From: Octopus bimaculoides
Lineage: Eukaryota
Direction of reading: 5' to 3'
Length of the DNA: 64,000 nucleotides
Assembly: GCF_001194135.2 (NCBI RefSeq)
Contig: NC_068987.1
Coordinates: 62,141,448-62,205,447, forward strand
Shown here: positions 50,518 through 64,000 of the stretch, piece by piece
Layout: each line of letters begins with the position of its first letter
How positions within the stretch are numbered: the first letter of the stretch is position 1
Notes under the pieces: model-generated
Told to the model about the DNA's origin: nothing
Seen by the model: only the letters and a program-made list of their open reading frames with translations
Databases searched by the model: none
Position numbers and translations under genes: made by a program

Positions 50518-52320
50518 GTAAGTTCATAGCAATCATTGACTGCAGATCTTTTGCAGAACTTTTCTTTTTAATGTTAAAAGATAGCAGTGGAAATGGGTAC
50601 AAATGATAGAGTACTCTAAGTTAATATCTTGTTTAATTTAATTTTATCTTTCTTGTACGAGTTAAAATTGTATCAGAAAGTCAAAATTTTGCCATGCATT
50701 TCTTTGATGATTAGTTAAATTAATTGTTTCTCCTAAGGCATGAGGCCTGACATTTTGGTGGGAAGGACTAGTCAATCACATTGACCCCAGAGCTCAAGTG
50801 GTGCTTAATTTATCGACCCTGAAAAGATAAAAGGCGAAGTCAAACATGGTGCAGTTGAATGCCACTAAGCATTTTCTCTGACATACTAACAAATGTGCCA
50901 GCTCACCACTCTGGTCATTAATACTAAGTTATATGGAATGATTGATGTAAAATTTCCTTTTTCCACACATACAGGCTTGTCCTTTCAGGTGCCAGTGCTA
51001 CCTACAAAATACCCGTACCAGTGCTGTGTAAATGCACCCCTGCTGGTGGCATGTAAAAAGCACCCAGCACACTCTGCTAAGTGGTTTGCATTAAGAAGGG
51101 CATCTAACTGTAGAAATCATGCCACAACAGACAACTGAAGTCTGGACAGTTTCCTGCTAGTCAGCTCCATGTCAAACCATCCAACCCATGTCTGTATTGA
51201 GTGCAAACATTAAATGGCGATGAATAAAGATCTTTGTTCTCTGTTCAAAGAAATTGCCACTAAAAGACAGTCAGATGGCAGAAAAAGTAAACCAATGATT
51301 TGAAATGTATTTTCTAATTTCATTTTTCTATATTTCAAGTTCATGCTATACTGTGACTAACTTATTTTTTTTGCTCCTTATATGATTAATAAAGTAAGTG
51401 TGTAATAACAGTTATTTCATTTCATCAAACAATACCTTACTGCAAAAGCTGACTCTATATTTAATCGAAAGAAATCCTTATTAATGCTATGTAGATAATA
51501 GAAGTGGTAAGGTGCTTTATGTTTGTGTTTAGGTTCTGAGTGGAAATATTTCTAGGGTTGATAAAATATATACACCAGTATTTCAACTAGATGTCTCCCT
51601 TACAGCCATTGTGCTAGCATCAGAAGGTTTATCAATTCTGTTAATTCATCATCCTATAAAGATTATTATGATTTATTTCAAAGCAATAAATGGCATGTTT
51701 GTAGGTGAAGAGTTGTCAATTGTATTGACTTAGGTACAAGACTGGTAATTATAATATGGGGGTTCAATGATTCATTCTATGTTAAGCACAAGACCTGAAA
51801 TTTTTGAGGGGGTGGATTAATTGATTACACCAACCCCTTGTGCTCCATTGGTACTTATTTTATCAATCCTGAAAGGATGAAAGCCAAAGTTGACCTTGGC
51901 AGAATTTAAACTTAGAACATAAAGCCAGAAGAAATGCTGCTAAGCATTTTAACCAGTGCACCAACAATTCTACCAGCACACCATCTTTATACAAGTTTTA
52001 ACAATGGTTTCTAACATAAGGCACAGGGCCATAAATTTTGTTGGGTGTGTGTGTGTGTAGTTAGTTATATTGATCCTCCTGCTACCACCTTCATTACTTG
52101 ACTAACATGTATTTCATTAATCAGAAGAATGAAATTTGGCTCCAGCAGGATTTAAACTCAGGACGAGACTAAATATCACTAGGTATTTTGCTATGTAATA
52201 TTATTTGTACTGGTATTAGTAATTGTAGTTTTTATATATTTATTAATTTAGTACATAATGGAAATGGTTACATGTATATAATGTATCTTTGATAGTTATG
52301 TTAAAATTTACCAATTTCAG

Positions 52321-52422
52321 ATAAAACGCCATGGAGTCACTATATGTAATTATGAAGCACGAGCTAATCCAACTGATCACAAGACCAGTTCCTTAGAAAT
52401 GATGGGTAAGATGGTTCAGTGA
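52321..52422 (+). CDS. PITHD1: PITHD1 exon 6 (terminal)
   Basis: IKRHGVTICNYEARANPTDHKTSSLEMMGKMVQ*, compare RRHEVTICNYEASANPADH. The spliced CDS is 636 bp, i.e. 211 aa. An AATAAA cluster lies at about 52485-52500. Confidence 0.97.
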   Translation: MKRHGVTICNYEARANPTDHKTSSLEMMGKMVQ

Positions 52423-52874
52423 AACATCTGATGAGTGGAAAAGAAAGACAACTTAAATAAAAACAACAAATGGACACAAAATACAATAAATAAATCAATA
52501 AACAAAATGCTAATTCAAGGAAAATGATTGGAAAATAAAATGTTTCTTCATATTTCAATAAAGTTTTTGTTAAAGAAATATTGTGGAGGCTACTGAAGTC
52601 ACATTTTTTTTTTTCAAATTGCTTGAAGATATTGCTTACTTCACTGGAAGCCATTTTTTCCCTTCCATTTATTTTCATACCCAGTATGTCCATTAAAATA
52701 CTATAATATATATGTACACACACACACACATATATACTCAGTATAAAATATAAGAGAAATTACCTATAACAGGTAACTTCTACACGTTAGAAGACAGTCA
52801 AAAACAACCGAAAACCACAAAGTAAAACATTTCAAAGGGAAGAAAAAATAAAACCTTTTACCTTATTTTTAACG

Positions 52875-52945
52875 GTTAGACCTATAGGTTTCGGATTTTG
52901 TGAGTAAATAAAGTAATTTACTAGGCAAATTCTCTTCAGTAAACT
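52875..52945 (-). ncRNA. Type I minimal hammerhead ribozyme motif (Penelope/retrozyme type)
   Basis: TTA-CTGAAGA-[extended stem II]-C-GAAA-CCTATAGG-TC-TAA. The catalytic core is intact, stem III is palindromic and the cleavage triplet is GUC. Confidence 0.65.
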
Positions 52946-53400
52946 TCAGACTTTTTTACATGCTAGGCCACTGGTAGTAAAATTTTATATAGTTTTGCTA
53001 CCCTTTATATTTACTCAAGTATATATATATATTAAGAAAATATATAGGGTAGGAAAATTAGAGAAATTTTTCTACCTGTGGCTAGCATGCATAAAATATC
53101 AACAATTAAGGTTTCAAATGTAATGGACATCTAGCAATTGGAGAAGGGACATGCAGTGTGTTCATATATTCCTTTTACAATTTTGAAATTTCAGAAAAAA
53201 ATTTGTTATAGTGCAGTTGCACTACTTGCAACCAGCATTTATTTTCCAGCAAGATGGTGCACCATTGGGGGTTGAATATTTGAGAGTTTCTTAAACTTTT
53301 TCAAACTCTTGGATTAGAAGATGCAATCCAGTTTAAATAATTTCTGGACACCCTTTGTATATATGCATATCATTATTAAAATATATTTATTATTATATAA

Positions 53401-53481
<81 letters not shown>

Positions 53482-54315
53482 TATACACACACACACATAC
53501 ATCATTGCTATTATGCAGAAGTGTTGTAAGTCCAAAATGTTGCTTTGTCACCATTCCATAGCAAAAGCGTTGTATTACATTTTGACAATTTTTGATAGCT
53601 TCACATCTGAAGCAGCTGGAGATACAATAGTTTAACCAAAAGAACTGGCTATTGCAAGCAAAGATAAATATTGAAAAAATGCATTGGCCAAATTTGGACA
53701 TATGACAGTTTAACATAATAGCAACAATATATATATCATCATTTTATATGTGTGTTTATGTATTCTATATATAATATATATTTGTGTGCTGCTTTTTTTT
53801 TGTATTATCTGATACGTTTTTTTCAAATCTTATTTTGCTCAACTTTCCCTTCAGTTTTTTATACTGTATAATGTTTTGTAAGTATTTGGCAGATAATGTC
53901 TTTGAGCTGCTTGCTATTCTGAACTAATCCACTAATCTCTCATTCTTGCTTCATTATGGCCTGGATCACAACAGTTCAAACCAATTAAAAACCTAGCAAC
54001 ACCAATGTTGCATTTTCTTGTTATCTCTCCCATATATATCTTCAAGTCTTCACTTCTAATTAAAAGAATATGATTTTCTTATCTTTAACAAGGTAATAAA
54101 AAAATTCTATATTTATAGAATAATTTTTTCATTGATATAGCTTAGTCAGCTTTATCATTTGATACATACCCTTGTTCTGCTACCTTTTCTGTTTTATATG
54201 TCATTAGCACAGGCATCCATAAATTACCTTTACAATTTGAAAATTTCTGGAAAAAAAAAAAAGATAACTCAGCAGGCTACATGCAACTAATGGAGACCAT
54301 GTTCTGATATTTCTA

Positions 54316-54672
54316 TGGCCTAGTGGTTAGGGCATCGGACTTGCAGTTTCGATTCCCAGACCGGGCGTTGTGAGTGTTTATTGAGCAAAAACACCTAAAG
54401 CTCCACGAGGCTCCGGCAGGGGATGGTGGTGAACCCTGCTGTACTCTTTCACCACAGCTTTCTCTCACTCTTACTTCTTGTTTCTGTTGCACCAGTAATT
54501 CAAAGGGCCAGCCTTGTCACACTTTGTGTCACGCTGAATCTCCCCAAGAACTACGTTTAGAGTACACGTGTCTGTGGAGTGCTCAGCCTCTTGCACGTTA
54601 ATTTCATGAGCAGGCTGTTCCGTTGATCAGATCAACTGGAACCCTTGTCGTCGTAACCGACGGAGTGCCACC
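54316..54672 (+). mobile_element. tRNA-derived SINE family C; decayed copies ~14655-14960 (+), 29215-29420 (-), 1745-2015 (-)
   Basis: ggcctagtggttagggcatcggac...gtttcgattcccagacc head and a shared 3' block tgtcacgctgaatct...gagcaggctgttccgttgatc.gatcaactggaaccct. Confidence 0.85.
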
Positions 54673-56088
54673 CATTAAAAGTTTATTTGTTTGCCCGTGT
54701 TTTCCAATAAATTCTGAGTTTTCATTACTTTTTTTCCTGAATTTTTCAAATTGTAAAGGTGATTTAAATCAGTAAATTATTTTCAGTTCTTTGCATTTTC
54801 TTTCTGCTTTTTTACTGCTTCTGCAATTTCCATTCCCCCCTGAACTTACAAATTGCATCCCATCCACTTCTCCACTTACCATCTCCAGTGTCTCAACATT
54901 AAAACAACTTGCTTAAGCCTTTAACATTCAGATTACTCTGTCAAATACAATACTTATTTATTCATACTAATTGTTTTGAATTAATACTGCATTATCTCAA
55001 AGCTTTGAGATTTCAGTTATGTGATAGCTTATGTTTTTTAGAATGACATTGTAGGTTAGGTATGAGAGGCTGGATCTAGCCAGCTGGAATATAAAACAGG
55101 TAGAATATTTGGGCTTGATATAGCTAGTTTAAATGCTAAAGGGATAATCATTTTGTTACCATTTTTCTGTTGAAATACTCTGCCTTTGTTTCCATTAATT
55201 TTTAAAATAATGAATTTATCAAAATAATTTTGTGATTATGTTGGTATTTTTGGAACATAAATAATCATGAAATTTTGATAGCAAGTTTTACTTTAGAGCA
55301 CTTTAAAATATAGAATTTCTATCATAGAACAAGAGGTGATTCCAGATAGGTTAGTATTAAAGAGGTGAATTCTTATCCAGAACAGTAACACTCTGGAGCA
55401 GATAATCTGTCCACAGCCAGCCACCTACAAATGTTCAAAATGAATATCAACCATGTTTGTGTCACCAATTTGTGAAGGCCTGCAAGTATTGTAGACATTG
55501 CTTTCCCAATGTGCCACAGAGTGGGATTGGTCTCAGGTTCAGTCCCACTGGGTGGCACTTTGGGCAAGTGTCTTCTACCATAAACCCTGGGGTTGGTCAA
55601 AGCCTTTTAAGTAGATTTGGTAACTGGAAACTGAAAGAAACCTGCCGAGTGTGTGTTTGTCTTCTTGGTTTCACATCACATGATCTTTGAAAATAAGAGT
55701 CCTCATCATACAGGTGGTGCTATTCACTTCCAATCTTCTATGGAAATTTGTCTGGTTATGAGAAAATACCGTGTTTAAAATCAGGTGCAGTATAGTGACA
55801 GAAAGGGCAAATGGCTCTAGAAAATCTGCTTCAAAGAACTCCATCTGTTCCGTACAATCTTGGAAAATTGAATGTTAAAATGATGGTGATTAAAAAAATA
55901 ACTAATTTTAAACACTATTGGAATTTACTCACAAGGTATGGGAATCTTATATGCATACCATTCTGCCTAAATAATGGATCTACAAATGCAATATCCCTGC
56001 ATATCTCACATCTATTTTCATTCCTCCACTTCACTCTCTATTTCATATCTTATCTAAATTAACTATTGCTTAACCATTTTCTCACACT

Positions 56089-56136
56089 GTCTTTGATGAA
56101 GGGATATAAAAAATATCCTGGAAACAGCTGTAAGAC
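56089..56136 (+). ncRNA. Minimal hammerhead motif with a C3-to-U change
   Basis: GTCT-TTGATGA-AGGGATAT-AAAAA-ATATCCTG-GAAA-CAGCTG-TA-AGAC. Confidence 0.6.
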
Positions 56137-57244
56137 CTATTTATAAATGTTCTAAAATCTTCACAGATTTGGATTTTTATCTCATTCTGAAAGAAAAAAA
56201 AATTTATATATACACATGCTGATATATGACCTACATTGGACTCCTTATTCACATAATCACCGAACCTAGAACTTAACTATAGTCTGTCCATAGCATTTAC
56301 TCAGCGTTACCTGACACCTTTGGGACTTATTGACACCATTACCTCTCTCTCTATATATATATATATATTTGTGTGTGTGTGTGTAGTGGATCATGCAGGC
56401 ATAGTGTGAATTTGATCCTAGATAGCCAAATTTAAATTAACAGTTCAACAGAACTTTTCTCATGGTAAAACAATAGTTTTTTTCTGTGACAGCAGTTTAC
56501 ATTTGCCAGATGCCTTAGCTAAGCAAAATAATATCTTCACCACTTAATCCTTCTAACCTCTTATAAGCCACCAAAAGCTAGAATTAAGATAACAAGTACT
56601 ACCAACGAAATCCATTGTTCTCAACAATAAGTCTATCCTTCTGGATAGTTATAAAAAGAAGAACCCCCAAGCAAAAGTCAGTTAGTGAGAACCTGAGTTA
56701 GAGAGAGCGACCATCTGTTAGTGAACAGACCACTAGAATCATGGCCACAAGCAGGCAGCCACTAAAGACAAACAGCCAGAGGGGAAAAAAGAAAGTTACA
56801 ATCAGCAACTATGCAAGACAACTTCCCTCAACTCTCACTATCACTAGCTCAGCTCGCTTTCTTCTTAGAACTTTACTCCATCTCTATCTATAATTACTAC
56901 TACACAATGACAAGAACACAAACACAAACTATACAAGAAAAATCTACATCTATCTTTACTTCACATACTTTACAATTTTATCACCTGCCCATCAAGGCAA
57001 GGTATTTTTACAATGTAATGGTAAAATAAATATTTTCTTCACAATTTCAATCACTGTTCTTTCATCTTTACATAATGGCAATCAATGAAGAACCAATCCT
57101 TACAAACTGATTACAACTCTGACGTTCCATACTATTGTTTACAAATTAATTTCAACCATTACAAAAATAAACTTCTACTGTTATAAATTGGTGACTCAAC
57201 CATTACACTAATTAACTTCTACCATTACACACACACATATCGGC

Positions 57245-57642
57245 AAGCGAAGTGAGATCGTTGCCAGTGCCCCTGGACTGGCTCTTGTGCGGGTGGCACA
57301 TAAGATGTACCATCCTGAGCGTGACCGTTGCCAGTACCGCTTGACTGACCTTGTTGGGTTTTCGAGCGAGATCGTTGCCAGTGCTCCTGGACTGGCTCTT
57401 GTGCGGGTGGCACATAAAAGACACCATTTCGAGCGTGGCCGTTTTCGTGCGGGTGACACGTAAAAGCACCCACTACACTCTCTGAGTGGTTGGCGTTAAG
57501 AAGGGCATCCAGCTGTAGAAACTCTGCCAAATTAGATTGGAGCCTGGTGTAGCCATCCGGTTGCACCAGTCCTCAGTCAAATCGTCCAACCCATGCTAGC
57601 ATGGAAAGTGGACGTTAAACGATGATGATGATGATGATGATG
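57245..57642 (+). mobile_element. Young RTE LINE 3' end (tandem units plus terminal domain plus GAT tail)
   Basis: CpG-rich and nearly identical to 1-186. Other 3' ends lie at ~18300-18445, 33218-33470, 49213-49360, 49790-50210 and 50960-51225. Confidence 0.9.
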
Positions 57643-58610
57643 TATACCTATGTGTGTGCATCTTTGTGTCTGTGTTTGTCACACACCAGTTGACAACCGG
57701 TCTTGGTATGTTTACATTCCCATAACTTAGAAGTTCAGCAAAACACACTGATAGAATAAGAAGCAGTCTTTAAAAAAAATAAGTTCTGGGGTTGATTGAT
57801 TCAACTAAAATTCTTCAAGGCATTGCCCCAGCATGGCTGCAGTTTAATGACTGAAACAAGTAACAGATAAGAGATAAAAGAATAAATCTGAAAGTAAACA
57901 TACATGCATGCATACATTTATATCTATTAAAGGTACTTGACTATGTAACGACAGACATGCATAAAAAGCTGGAAATGCTGGTGTTATAAAAAAAAAACAA
58001 AAAAAAACAGCAAACTGATTTGCATTATCTGAATTAAATCAACCAGATGTACAATGAAAATTTGTAAAACATTCCCGGGATTCTCCATTTGAGGTTCCTA
58101 GGCTGAACGTAGGCATTCAGTCATCTACACATGAAATATGCAAGCACGCACACATATACATGTAAACAGCAACGAAGCACACACTTGTGTTCTCATATGA
58201 TGTACACATCCTTTACAGCAGCGCAAGTTTATCACACCCGCACACATGCGCGTACACACGCACACACACACATACATACATACATACATGCATCAACATA
58301 CCAACCAATTTAGATAATCACAAGCTCGAAGAGCTGTCTTGACTTTGTTAGGGACCGGATTGAATTCTACAAAATTAAAAAAAACCAACAGAACATTTTT
58401 ACTTTTTGTGTGAGGAAGTTTATAAATCGCAACAATTTGATAATCAACTAGGTTGTGATATTTTTCAAAGAAATAATAACATGTTTTTCTAAACAGTAAA
58501 ATTGTATATATTTTTTTTTACTTAAAGAAATAAAGTTGAAATATATATATATTTCGTTAACGACAGAGAATACGAAACTAAACAATTATTATTTTCGTCA
58601 GAAGGTGAAC

Positions 58611-58629
58611 ATGGCGTGCACACAGCGTG
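58611..58629 (+). CDS. MRPL22: Mitochondrial ribosomal protein L22, first coding exon (presequence)
   Basis: aacATGGCG start, MACTQR+G, GTAGGT donor. Splices in frame to the exons at 61102 and 62405. Confidence 0.75.
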
Positions 58630-61101
58630 GTAGGTTTGTTGTTGATAAAAATTACCTTTATTTAGCTTTTCTAATTATAGATTCTGCAACATTTTGATTC
58701 GAATGCATGTAATTTTCATTTCTTTGGGTGTATTGACAGTTATTCCTATTTTACATTTCGTTAATGTTTTGCATTGTCTAAAAGCCAGTGTGCGGGCAGT
58801 AAACGTGAATGAGAAATACTGTAAATTCTGTCTTTTTTTTATTCCACTCGAATTAAAATGATGCTTCAAGTTTAAGCCTCTTCCAGTAGTTATCAAATTT
58901 ATTATTAAATTGATTGAAGATAGCAAGCTGACAGGATAATTACGGCATTGGAAGAAATACCTTAACGTCTTAGTTCCGATTGTTTACATTTTATGTTCAA
59001 GTCTCACGAAGGTCAACTTTATCTTTCATTCTGCCGGGGTCGATGAAATAAAAATACCAGCCATCGACTTACCACCTCCACTCAAAATTGTTGGTTTGGG
59101 ACCTAAATCAGAAGCCATTCTTTAATTGGTTCGTTGTCTTCGATTCCATAGTCTCCTTTGGTAGTCGGTCATTATTCATCAGTTGAATAATTGGTAAATT
59201 TTTACTATTACACCCGTCTCCCAAGTCTTATCGGCGGACTTTCGGTATTACTGCTATCACTGCCTTATGGAGGATGAAAAGGACAAAAAATATTTTTGTC
59301 TCCCAAAATTTTAATTTATTTCCCCCCTTTAAATTCTGTGACCTTTTCTGTTGCACATTGTTGAATTTTTTTTTCATTATGTTAATCTTGATTACACGCA
59401 AAACCCTCACAAAACACACTCACACATACACACATTCTTTGTTTTGTCCTGTACTGTCCATAATGTTTTTCTTAATATAAGCCCTTTGTGGTTAAAAAAT
59501 AAATCATCATTATTATTATCACAAGTTCCACCGAGGTCGTCTTTACTTTCATCCTTTCGGTGTCGATAAAATAAGTACCAGTTGAGTACTGGTGTCGATG
59601 TAATCGACTTGCCCCTCCCCACCAAATTTCAGCCCTTGTACCTATAGTAAAAAGTATTATTATTATTATTATTTGACACGCTTGTTTCCCTTTCGTCATG
59701 CATTTTGGGTCACCCCCAGTACCCCATTTTCCGTTCACATTTTTTTTCTACAGCTAACATCTTGCAGCTTGTTCAGCAACCTCATCAATCTTATCAGTGT
59801 AGAAAAACGTGTGAAGGTCAGGGGTACAGGGAAAAATGATTGGACCAAATCCTTCCTCCCTAACTAACCCCATTAAAAAAAAGATCCCTGGCTGGACCAA
59901 CCTTCAATCAGCTGTCTTTTATTCTCAGACAAACTATATCCAGGACTAGATTCTAGCCTCCTTCTTTTTCAAAATGATAGGGTAGAATTTGAAGGATATT
60001 TGGTTGCCTTTTCTAGCAGGTTGAGTGACCATGTAGAGGCCCTTTCACTGACTTACCTTTATACTTGCTTAATGTGATTATTTTCTGAAGGTTTCAATCA
60101 ATTTAGTGGCTTTCCCTTGACATTTCCTACAAGATGAACAAACGTGGTTCACAAACAAGGTTATCATATTCAAGCTGTGATACCAGTTTTAATTAGACCA
60201 AGAAAACGTTTTTGACTACAGCCACTGTGCATTTATGGAATTTCAAGCCCATGCCTGTAATCTCAGCAAGATTTTTCTTTTCCCCAGCTGTTTCAAGGAT
60301 ATAGTCCATCATTTCATAACAATATTTATAATTAGTAGAATCTAAATAAAAGCACTTAGATATTTCCACGTTTAATTGCCTGCTGTTAGGCCCATTTTCC
60401 AACTGTACAGTGTGCTCAGTTGAGGATCAGTAGTTCATTGTGTTGTGTTCATAGCAAAGATAACTTTCAACCACTTAATACTGTTTGCTGTAAAGAATGT
60501 AGGTGCTACATTTCACGACTTTAACCCTTTAGCATTTAAACCAGCCTGTTAATACTGGCCATATCCAGCTTCTCACACCTACTCTACATTGCCATTCCAA
60601 ACATATATGGTCACATTATTGAAATTTTAAAGCTATGAGATGATACATGGTTAATCCTAAACAATGTATATATATAAGTATTACATTTGATAGAGCAATA
60701 TGAATGCTAAAAGGTTCGTTAGTAGGAGCACTGTGTTATAGACAGGTATTTTATTAGATTGCAACATTGAGTTCAAATTCTCCTGTGAATATCTCTTGGA
60801 AAGAGATATATTTACTTTCTGCCAAACTGTCTTACTCTAAATATACTACTTCAAGACAATGTTTTCCATTGGTGACTCTATAATTATAGGGTTCATACTA
60901 ATGGTGCTGACTGTTAAGTGAAGAAAACAAAATGTTATATAAAGTAAAAGAAAAGTTAATAAACTATTCTAATGAATATACTTTTTAAAAATTATTTTCA
61001 TTTATCACTCGATTGTGTTTGTGTTTTGATGTTGATTTATAATATCTCTGACTTAGGTTCTTTGTAATTTTTTTCTTTTTACTTTTGTACATTTTTTACA
61101 G

Positions 61102-61138
61102 TGTTGTCTCGCTGTGGTCTTCGTACACTTTTTAGCAG
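61102..61138 (+). CDS. MRPL22: MRPL22 coding exon 2
   Basis: ttttttacag acceptor and CAG|GTAAGT donor, 37 bp. Encodes (V)LSRCGLRTLFS(R), Arg/Ser/Leu-rich like a mitochondrial targeting peptide. Confidence 0.85.
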
Positions 61139-62404
61139 GTAAGTATTTAATTTCTTCACAGATATTTTCTTTTTGTCACTAAATATATGTAGTTATATTA
61201 TCATTCACAATTCTATTATTTCTGTTCTTTTAGGATACCTTTTTACATTAGCACATTTACACAAGGGTATTATATTGCCATTGTAAACAATATCATTTAA
61301 AAATTTTTGTGCGTAACAGGGTCCCAACGAACCATTCATTAGTTTATTTGAAGTTCTAATGGTACACTCTGATTTTGGAAACTTGTCTGCCAAGATGGTT
61401 CTGGTGGCAGTTTCTGAAAATTTGTTCCCTATTTGACAGCTGAGTACAGAACGTTCTTGTCCACTGTGTCTAACCTGGCAACATGTGTTGAGAGGCAGTG
61501 TACAAATAAGAATGTGCTAGTCATCACAGAACAACATTGTTCATTATGCAGTTGTAGCATTGCTCTAAGTTCTAATAGGGTATAGACTGTATGCATTTTA
61601 TAGAGCACTGTGGCTACTGCAATATGTATGACATTGCAGAAATGGTGGATTGTCATACGAAATGCCTTAAAGCATCTAGATTCAGCCCATTATGTATCGA
61701 GATCAAATATAATCTAGGTTGATTTGTGTCTTTCATTCGACGGTAGCACAAGAAAATAAATATCATTAATGTAGAGTTAGTGATTCAACTGACTACACAC
61801 TTTCCCTATAAAAATGTTAACTGTATGTTTAGAAAAGACAGCAGTGAATGTTGTAGAGTAAACCCACTTTGAGCTAGTTAAAGGCAATTGCATTTCACTA
61901 ACTTTCACTAAAGCCAATTGCATTTCACTCTTGAGAAAGACATCAGTATTATACAATAATATCCTGGATACCTAACATTATGCTGTTAGTTGTAGAATCA
62001 AGCTATCTATGATGTGATTTTACAAATTTGTTCCATTTCTTGGTTCATCTGTTTACTCTCTTACTCTCTCTTATATTTCTAATATCTTTGAGAAACATAT
62101 CAATGCATGTTCCCAGTTTTTTGCTCTATGAATCTTATGCTTAATACTTATGTTAAAGGAAACTGTAATTTATTAGCTGTACCACCTCTGGTGTTTAGAA
62201 TATTTGGTTATCTACAGAATTATTGGATTTGACAAAAATTGGGGAAATAAGTCAAAATATTTTCCACTGTTAAATAAAATTCAATGTACTATGTTGGATA
62301 TTTTTTCTGGTATTATTGCTTGCAATTTCAGTCTCATCCAAGATTTACAATATCTGAATATTTTATCTTGTTCGATGAAACTAAATTAGTCTTTCATTTT
62401 TCAG

Positions 62405-62576
62405 ACTTAGTTTGGAAAAGCAAATCTGTGTGCCAACAGCAAATGCTGCATTGAAAATATTGCCTGTACAAACCCAGTCTTTACATACCACATCAGTAAA
62501 CCATGGATTCAAGTGGGATAATTACAACACTATTGTTTATCCACCAACAAAACCTGGAGAGGAAGAACGGCCTGCT
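62405..62576 (+). CDS. MRPL22: MRPL22 coding exon 3; gene continues beyond the window
   Basis: ...SLHTTSVNHGFKWDNYNTIVYPPTKPGEEERPA|gtaagt matches MRPL22 [33 protein letters not shown]. 172 bp. Confidence 0.95.
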
Positions 62577-63234
62577 GTAAGTTAAAATTTTAATTGAACT
62601 CAGTTTTATAGAAGTTCTAATTCGGATCTTGTGCATATTGTTATGATGTGGAATGTTTTCCGTTTGCAGTAAAAATATTTATTATGATAGTAAGTCATTT
62701 GCAAATGGTTTAAGATTCAAATGGATGATTTCCTGAAAAACTTTTGGCATTAACAGCTCTTGTCTCTTTCTCTCTCTATATATATGTAACCCCATTGTGT
62801 ATATATATATATATTAATAATAGCATAGGGTAAAATTTATTAATAATTTTACCAAGTAGTCAGTATGTTAAAAAAAAAAACCTTTTTAGGTAAATAGTAC
62901 AAAATATTCTATTATTATTTGCACTTAGCTGACCCCTGATTATAATTATGTATATAATTATAGAATATTTTATATATATATATATATATATGTATGGGTG
63001 TATATACACATATATGTGTATGTGTTTGTGTCTTCTCTTGACATGGCAATGTTGTTGTAAATGAGCATCATACAATCTTTATTTCCAATCTTCTGTGGAA
63101 ACATGTCTGGCTATGGAGAAAAATGTTGGGGTTGGTAATAGGAAGGGCATCTCTTTGTCAAAAAAATCTGCCACACCGAATTGCTAAACTCACTGTGATA
63201 GTATGGAAAAGTGGATGTTAAAGTGTCGAGAAAA

Positions 63235-63306
<72 letters not shown>

Positions 63307-64000
63307 TCATCATCGTAATTCCAGGAAACTATATTTCCTGGAATTACAGCTGTTTCTAATCCCAGTCTTATGCCAGAGTAACAGACCAACATCAGATAAA
63401 GTTATTCCAACCTAACAAAGAATAAGAGTGCATCCCATTTGATAAGGATGTTGACTCCATCTTGGAAGCAACAGCCAAAGGTGATGTTGATTGTCACCTC
63501 TAGACAATGACTATCATTATCATCAGTTTAGAAATGGAGAGGCTTGAGCTGGAGGAGAAAAATGCAGTGAAACAGAGCCAGTAAAATCCATTAGCTCAAG
63601 CTGAAGCTTAAGAAAGGACATTGGAGTCCGTCATGTGTGTATATGCCTTGTGTTTGTTCTCCCATTACTTGATACCAGGTGTCGGTTTGTTCACATCCCC
63701 ATAATTTAGTGGTTTGGCAAAAAAGACCAAGAGAATGAGTAGCAAACTTAAGGAAAAAAAAAGTACTGGGGTTGATTAGTTCAGCTCTTCAAAGTCGTGC
63801 TGCAGTACAATGACAGACAAGTAAAAGAATATAACATTCTCTGGTACAATATAGCCTAAAGCATTAAATTTTACTTGTGCTTTCTTTTATCTGTTTATTA
63901 AACTCACAACATCATCTATGGAATATAAACGTGAGATTTGAATAATAATGCCTATCATAAGATATTTCTTATATTTCAATTTTAGTTTTATAGTAATTTA

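Noticed and set aside
52364-52729. 121-aa minus-strand ORF (MASSEVSNIFKQFEKKK...)
   Set aside because: It is antisense to the PITHD1 last exon and AT-rich 3' UTR, starts in a (TG)n tract, and has no recognisable domain.

Overview
AT-rich, repeat-dense eukaryotic scaffold with N gaps. The SINE, RTE-LINE and microsatellite landscape suggests a coleoid cephalopod, probably Octopus (inference). Splicing exons by hand gives four genes, most of which the ORF track misses. (1) The 5' end of a minus-strand gene with an N-terminal Sm/Lsm-like fold, best matching the piRNA factor EXD1 (coding exons 4643-4529, 3028-2960, 2299-2245). (2) A complete plus-strand six-coding-exon gene (10400-35129, 328 aa) predicted to encode a four-TM LAPTM/DUF4728-like protein with a PY-motif tail. 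(3) A complete six-exon PITHD1 (43420-52422, 211 aa). (4) The first three coding exons of MRPL22 (58611-62576). The remainder is RTE LINE fragments with (GAT)n tails, at least three SINE families, piggyBac-type and Merlin-type MITEs, mariner, Gypsy and MULE-like relics, and microsatellites. The most interesting non-coding signal is a set of Penelope/retrozyme-type minimal hammerhead ribozyme motifs. These include a ~280-bp tandem repeat carrying one hammerhead per unit (26769-27291) and a nearly intact hammerhead downstream of PITHD1 (52875-52945). No CRISPR array, tRNA gene or rRNA gene was found. All family assignments are from memory, without database searches.
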